The notes beneath the pieces are model-generated. The model saw only the letters and a list, made by a program, of their open reading frames with translations. It did no database searches and was not told the DNA's origin. This document shows positions 16,517 through 20,000 of a DNA stretch of 20,000 nucleotides, in pieces (positions within the stretch are counted from its first letter, which is position 1; each line of letters opens with the position of its first letter). The stretch covers positions 46,954 to 66,953 of the IMG/VR virus record IMGVR_UViG_3300030330_005363. One strand, 5' to 3'. Position numbers and translations under genes: made by a program. This stretch comes from an uncultured virus (IMG/VR IMGVR_UViG_3300030330_005363) (lineage: Duplodnaviria > Heunggongvirae > Uroviricota > Caudoviricetes > Crassvirales).

Positions 16517-16678
16517 GAACGAGAGAGAGGATTCGAACCTCTCATGTCTAGAACAGTCTACGCACCTTTGCTTTCGCCGCGGTTGCTACCTGACCTCGCT
16601 TTCCAAGCTGAGCCGTCACTCAACCCCACAGTTTTTCTTCTTCTCCGACAACGCCTGTCGCAAGTATTGAAGTCGTGG
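16517..16678 (-). ncRNA. Multi-hairpin non-coding RNA ending in a tRNA-like domain
   Basis: GC-rich intergenic island; T-arm GAGAGG-UUCGAAU-CCUCUC, acceptor-like AGCGAGG/UCUCGUU, hairpins GUUGAGU/GCUCAGC and CGACA/UGUCG; no canonical anticodon arm. Confidence 0.6.
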
Positions 16679-16682
16679 TTTA

Positions 16683-16883
16683 TTAGTTATAATACGTTGT
16701 CCATATCTCATCTTTAGCTAAATCTTTAGTTTTTTCACTAATTTTTTTAACTTCTTCTTCTCCGACTAGTCTTGGAGTACAGAAATGACCGTCATTCCAC
16801 GACACTATAAATGGCGTCGCACCTTGTGGTCCTTCATACATAGCTCTGCACTCTGGACAAATGTATTTTAACTTTTTTTTCAT
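16683..16883 (-). CDS. Hypothetical protein with CxxC...HxC
   Basis: 66 aa ORF. Confidence 0.62.
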   Translation of the reverse strand: MKKKLKYICPECRAMYEGPQGATPFIVSWNDGHFCTPRLVGEEEVKKISEKTKDLAKDEIWTTYYN

Positions 16884-17047
16884 GAGATTACAAATGTTAG
16901 ACCTTTATAGTTAAACCAGTGGTTGTACTCGTCAGGTATATTATTAATTGTTACTCCTTTATAAGTTCTTTTTTCTACTTGACCGTTAATGGTTTTAGTT
17001 ATTGTTACTTTTTTACGATCTGCGGTATGTGTTTTTATTTTATTCAT
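16880..17047 (-). CDS. Hypothetical protein (MNKIKTHTADR...)
   Basis: ORF-track 16880..17065; ATG 17047 is 5 nt after the motif (ATG 17062 is an alternative). Confidence 0.62.
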   Translation of the reverse strand: MNKIKTHTADRKKVTITKTINGQVEKRTYKGVTINNIPDEYNHWFNYKGLTFVIS

Positions 17048-17052
17048 ATTAT

Positions 17053-17084
17053 TATTATCCATCACTTTTCGTATTTAGTCTGTA
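17053..17084 (-). promoter_or_regulatory. Repeated promoter-like motif, copy 3
   Basis: TACAGACTAAATACGA-N8-GGATAATA-N5-ATG(17047). Confidence 0.75.
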
Positions 17085-17211
17085 ATTTGTTAAACTCTCT
17101 TTTATAAGCTTCTTGTAAGTAACCAGGTAAATTCTTGTACCAGTTGTAAAACTCTCCACCTTTTACTTTCATCATTTCTTTTTTTATGTAAGCGTCATTA
17201 CTTTTACTCAT
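17062..17211 (-). CDS. Hypothetical protein (49 aa, MSKSNDAYIKKEMM...)
   Basis: Manual translation. Confidence 0.55.
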   Translation of the reverse strand: MSKSNDAYIKKEMMKVKGGEFYNWYKNLPGYLQEAYKREFNKLQTKYEK

Positions 17212-17332
17212 CTTTCATTATTAGTTTAGCTACTTCATGACCAAAATCTGCGTCATTTGGGTATTTTTTTCTTAATTCTTGCACTTGCAACCATCTTAGT
17301 GCTGCGCGGATTGTAGGTTCTATATCAGTCAT
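17204..17332 (-). CDS. Hypothetical protein (42 aa, ...KKYPNDADFGHEVAKL...)
   Basis: Manual translation; overlaps neighbours. Confidence 0.55.
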   Translation of the reverse strand: MTDIEPTIRAALRWLQVQELRKKYPNDADFGHEVAKLIMKDE

Positions 17333-17507
17333 TTAAATCTTTATTTAATTCTCTTATTATTTTTCTTGCTAAAAAGTCAGCATCTTCAACATACTTATCA
17401 TTAGTTTCGCTGTAACCTAGTTCTTCAAACATATAGTAATCTAATTCATTATAAAGTACTGTAACCAATCTGTCACATACTTTGTCTATTACTTCTTGTT
17501 GAGTCAT
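17325..17507 (-). CDS. Hypothetical protein
   Basis: 60 aa ORF, ATGA-coupled. Confidence 0.65.
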   Translation of the reverse strand: MTQQEVIDKVCDRLVTVLYNELDYYMFEELGYSETNDKYVEDADFLARKIIRELNKDLND

Positions 17508-17707
17508 GATTGTAGTATTTGTTGAACATAATTATACCCATCTAAATGAGTGGTTTTATCTACTATATACTCACCAGTATAAATTTTGTTAGCTTGTAAT
17601 ACTGCATGAGTCCATTTCTGCCACTCAGTACCACAATCTTGCGTGTAACCATAGTATCCTGCTATAATTCCTTGCGCTATTTTTTCTATTTTTTGTACAT
17701 CAGTCAT
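17504..17707 (-). CDS. Hypothetical protein
   Basis: 67 aa ORF. Confidence 0.65.
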   Translation of the reverse strand: MTDVQKIEKIAQGIIAGYYGYTQDCGTEWQKWTHAVLQANKIYTGEYIVDKTTHLDGYNYVQQILQS

Positions 17708-17717
17708 TCTATAGGTA

Positions 17718-17873
17718 TTACTTGGTTATTAACTTTATTACTTCACCGATTGTATAAACAAATATTGGTGTCCATATTGATAAAAATATTATAGCCATAC
17801 TGATTTTTAATATTTTACCTATTTTCTTTTGTCTTGGTGTAATTATATCCCACTTATTTACTGTTTTTTTCAT
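17718..17873 (-). CDS. Small membrane protein (51 aa, MKKTVNKWDII...)
   Basis: Manual translation; one hydrophobic helix. Confidence 0.55.
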   Translation of the reverse strand: MKKTVNKWDIITPRQKKIGKILKISMAIIFLSIWTPIFVYTIGEVIKLITK

Positions 17874-18126
17874 AGTATTTATTTACTTTAGTTATTAACT
17901 CTTTAATTTCTTCGTCAGGAAAGACAGAATATACATGATCTACTACTGATTTTACATAGTCGAAGTTGAATTCTTCAATATCTATTCCATAAGGTGTATA
18001 CATTAGCTCACGTTTAGTCCAACCATATGGTGACTTTTTCTTGTTAAATACTGCTATTTTAATGTAATCATCACCTATCATAGCATCTAAACTATCTGTA
18101 GTTATATATTTAATTTTGTCTTTCAT
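17854..18126 (-). CDS. Hypothetical protein
   Basis: 90 aa ORF; ATG 5 nt after the motif. Confidence 0.7.
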   Translation of the reverse strand: MKDKIKYITTDSLDAMIGDDYIKIAVFNKKKSPYGWTKRELMYTPYGIDIEEFNFDYVKSVVDHVYSVFPDEEIKELITKVNKYYEKNSK

Positions 18127-18131
18127 ATTAT

Positions 18132-18163
18132 TATTATCCTACTCGGATCGTATTTAGTTTGTA
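18132..18163 (-). promoter_or_regulatory. Repeated promoter-like motif, copy 4
   Basis: TACAAACTAAATACGA-N8-GGATAATA-N5-ATG(18126). Confidence 0.75.
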
Positions 18164-18304
18164 TTTTAATGATTCAAAAGCTTTATATTTACTTTCTAAG
18201 TCAAAGATTTCACTCATAGGTTCTAAACTTAAATCGTCTAAATATTCTTGCATGTGATCTAGTGCTACCATTAGCACGTTTAACTCTTCTTTAGTTAATT
18301 TCAT
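18134..18304 (-). CDS. Hypothetical protein (56 aa, MKLTKEELNVLMVALDHMQE...)
   Basis: Manual translation; ATGA-coupled; stop lies inside the GGATAA box. Confidence 0.6.
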   Translation of the reverse strand: MKLTKEELNVLMVALDHMQEYLDDLSLEPMSEIFDLESKYKAFESLKYKLNTIRVG

Positions 18305-18498
18305 AGTATTTGGTATAAAATGTGATACAATTCATCTTGTTTTTCTTTAGGTAGATCTACATATTTAGTTTCACCTGTATAACCACCAAGATGGTTTATT
18401 ACTTGTTGAGTTAATTCAGTTTGATTTACGTATTTTCTATGTTCTTCAAACGCCTTTGCCCAAGACCAGTTTGAAGGAGAGTTTGGATTATATGCCAT
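18301..18498 (-). CDS. Hypothetical protein
   Basis: 65 aa ORF. Confidence 0.65.
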   Translation of the reverse strand: MAYNPNSPSNWSWAKAFEEHRKYVNQTELTQQVINHLGGYTGETKYVDLPKEKQDELYHILYQIL

Positions 18499-18533
18499 TT
18501 TATTTAATTTTTAAGTGTTAATATTTAGTTTAG

Positions 18534-18605
18534 TATTCCGTGAGAGAATCGAACTCTCATTTCTAGGATGAAAACCTAGTGTCCTAACCGTTAGACGAAC
18601 GGAAC
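18534..18605 (-). tRNA. trnE: tRNA-Glu (UUC)
   Basis: Acceptor GUUCCGU/ACGGAAU, D-arm, anticodon stem CUAGG/CCUAG with loop UU-UUC-AU, T-arm GAGAG-UUCGAUU-CUCUC; followed by CUA rather than CCA. Confidence 0.92.
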
Positions 18606-18611
18606 ATGTTA

Positions 18612-18707
18612 AGGTATAGTTTACTATCATAGTTGATAATTCTACCTTGCAAGTTTATCACTCTTACTGACGCTGCTGATCTGCTAGTCGCCACGTAATT
18701 TATACCT
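18612..18707 (-). ncRNA. Putative multi-stem RNA between tRNA-like element and tRNA-Glu
   Basis: Outer AGGUAUA/UAUACCU plus UUAC/GUAA; inner UGGCG/CGUCA and UGAUAA/UUAUCA stems. Confidence 0.5.
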
Positions 18708-18710
18708 CTT

Positions 18711-18815
18711 TGGAACCAGTGATGAGATTCGAACTCATACTCGTGGACTTCTGTACGTAACCACGCTCCTTGTTGCTGAGTACCATTGCCTAGGTAACAC
18801 TCAGTTGCCACTGGT
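18711..18815 (-). ncRNA. tRNA-like RNA (105 nt) with encoded CCA and aberrant D and anticodon arms
   Basis: Acceptor ACCAGUG/CACUGGU + U + CCA; T-arm AUGAG-UUCGAAU-CUCAU; CUGAGUG/UACUCAG arm; CGUGG/CCACG with 14-nt loop. Confidence 0.72.
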
Positions 18816-18927
18816 TGCACTACACGTCTGACTCGCACAGACTGTATCTCGTATATCCTTCTAGATGTAGTATTTAGCGACTGTTTCCAACCTACCCCAA
18901 TCCGTCGCTATTTATATAGTGGATTAC

Positions 18928-19119
18928 TTACTCAGTAATCTCTGGTTTTTCAACCTCACTTAAATCTCTACAGAATTTAGGTACTGTATTTGAGTTAGTG
19001 TAAGAACCATACTCTTGAAAACATGGCATAGNNNNNNNNNNGTTGGTGAATGTAATTGTTACATCTTCACCGATTAGTGATTTTCTTATCACGAATCTTT
19101 TAGTTGTTAAAGTATTCAT
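18928..19119 (-). CDS. Hypothetical protein interrupted by an assembly gap
   Basis: ORF spans 10 Ns; true length unknown. Confidence 0.55.
   Translation of the reverse strand: MNTLTTKRFVIRKSLIGEDVTITFTNXXXXMPCFQEYGSYTNSNTVPKFCRDLSEVEKPEITE
19032..19041. other. Assembly gap (10 N)
   Basis: Run of N in the sequence. Confidence 0.99.
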
Positions 19120-19157
19120 AGTTTATATTTTATTTTATTATTAATTAGTTACGTTTA

Positions 19158-19189
19158 TATTATCCTCACTTTGTCGTATTTACATTGTA
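19158..19189 (-). promoter_or_regulatory. Repeated promoter-like motif, copy 5
   Basis: TACAATGTAAATACGA-N8-GGATAATA; no ATG after N5, next ATG at 19119; lies upstream of the RNA cluster. Confidence 0.68.
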
Positions 19190-19405
19190 AAAATCGATTA
19201 GTAGATCTTCAGTTTCGTTTAGCCACTCGATATAAGTTTCACCATATTTCTCGTCAATTATACCACAGTGAATATCTTCTTTCATCCATTCTTTCATATC
19301 TTGAACGTTATTTATCGCTTCTGAAAGTTGATAAGTATGTAGTATTTGATTTGTAGTGAACGACATTACACCGAGTGCACCTACTGCAATTAGTATTTTT
19401 TTCAT
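19166..19405 (-). CDS. Hypothetical protein with signal-peptide-like N-terminus
   Basis: MKKILIAVGALGVMSFTT...; 79 aa. Confidence 0.65.
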   Translation of the reverse strand: MKKILIAVGALGVMSFTTNQILHTYQLSEAINNVQDMKEWMKEDIHCGIIDEKYGETYIEWLNETEDLLIDFYNVNTTK

Positions 19406-19614
19406 AGTTGTATTATATTTACTGGTACGTTATAGCATTCTTCTTCATAGACGATTACTTTTTCAAAATCGCCAATATTATCTTCAAATTCGTTTTCAAT
19501 AAAGTCAAGTAATTCTTGATCTAATTCTTTTGATTCATGTAGAATCCAAGTGGAATCTATTAATTCTCCAAAGTTATCGACTTTTTTTATAGGTATAAAT
19601 TCTAGTTCGTACAT
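19402..19614 (-). CDS. Hypothetical acidic protein
   Basis: 70 aa, D/E-rich, ATGA-coupled. Confidence 0.65.
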   Translation of the reverse strand: MYELEFIPIKKVDNFGELIDSTWILHESKELDQELLDFIENEFEDNIGDFEKVIVYEEECYNVPVNIIQL

Positions 19615-19641
19615 AGTTAATTATTTATTAGTTGTTTATTA

Positions 19642-19673
19642 TATTATCCATACTAGTTTGTATTTAGTTTGCG
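19642..19673 (-). promoter_or_regulatory. Repeated promoter-like motif, copy 6
   Basis: CGCAAACTAAATACAA-N8-GGATAATA; next ATG at 19614. Confidence 0.68.
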
Positions 19674-19783
19674 AAACAATTTATGTAGTCGAGTACTATA
19701 ATTGTACATAGTAAAAATGCTACAATTCCATAAATAGTTAATTCTTGTTGAGGTGTTAATTCAGTGTAATTATTTTGTTTCAT
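19664..19783 (-). CDS. Small membrane protein (39 aa, MKQNNYTELTPQQELTIYGIVAFLL...)
   Basis: Manual translation. Confidence 0.5.
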   Translation of the reverse strand: MKQNNYTELTPQQELTIYGIVAFLLCTIIVLDYINCFAN

Positions 19784-19882
19784 AAGAGTGTATATTTGTT
19801 AAATAGTTAAAAATTAGTTTCTAGTCTAACACTTGATTTCTCAATATCTTACATAGATATTTTAAAATATAAGTATTTAAAA

Positions 19883-19929
19883 GTGTGACATTAGCATTAT
19901 ATAGTAACCTAATAATAGGCTATTGTCAT
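19883..19929. promoter_or_regulatory. Inverted repeat ATGACAATAG...TGTCACAC (read on minus strand), copy 2
   Basis: TGACATTAGC...GCTATTGTCA in an AT-rich non-coding stretch. Confidence 0.55.
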
Positions 19930-20000
19930 AGTTTTATAAGTTGAGGTGCTCACTCATTCATATTTGATTTACCAGGAAACGAGTGTAACTAACTGGACTA

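Noticed and set aside
16517..16630. tmRNA (GGGGUUGA 5' end plus T-arm)
   Set aside because: GGGGUUG does not pair with the strand after the T-arm, there is no ACCA end or tag reading frame, and it is too short.
18584..18838. 84-aa ORF
   Set aside because: Overlaps tRNA-Glu and the tRNA-like element; explained by GC-richer structured RNA.
754..19356. Plus-strand ORFs 754..939, 4435..4626, 6508..6711, 9151..9420, 12970..13263, 16919..17107, 17606..17794, 19171..19356
   Set aside because: Antisense shadows of well-supported minus-strand genes with no recognisable motifs.
12700..19673. Repeated motif as CRISPR array or mobile-element ends
   Set aside because: Copies are dispersed 0.5-2.2 kb apart with genes between them, have a variable core, and no cas or transposase genes are present.
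677..19783. Stop-codon reassignment
   Set aside because: Genes are full length and tightly packed under the standard bacterial code with TAA, TAG and TGA all used as stops.

Overview
AT-rich segment of a tailed dsDNA phage genome, most likely infecting Bacteroidota/Flavobacteriia (inferred from a Bacteroidota-type T9SS-cargo-like ORF and the gene repertoire). Nearly everything is on the minus strand. Left half (677-12389): nucleotide metabolism, replication and recombination genes, namely class II ribonucleotide reductase, a PD-(D/E)XK resolvase-like endonuclease, two MazG-superfamily-like NTP pyrophosphatases, a thymidylate-synthase-fold enzyme with the dCMP-specific Asp, primase-helicase, SSB, exonuclease, ERF, a sigma70-like factor, an HTH protein, a DenV-like glycosylase and an ATP-dependent ligase. 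Right half (12386-20000): early-type array of small ORFs. The main unexplained signals are non-coding: (i) a 32-bp bipartite motif in at least 6 copies, TACAAACTAAATACGA-N8-GGATAATA, often exactly 5 nt before an ATG (candidate phage promoter for leaderless mRNAs); (ii) a twice-occurring structured RNA with a compensatory base change, abutting start codons; (iii) a cluster of structured RNAs around tRNA-Glu including a CCA-ending tRNA mimic, plus a second tRNA-like element; (iv) a twice-occurring TGACA...TGTCA inverted repeat. All structures and family calls were made by eye, without database searches or folding software.
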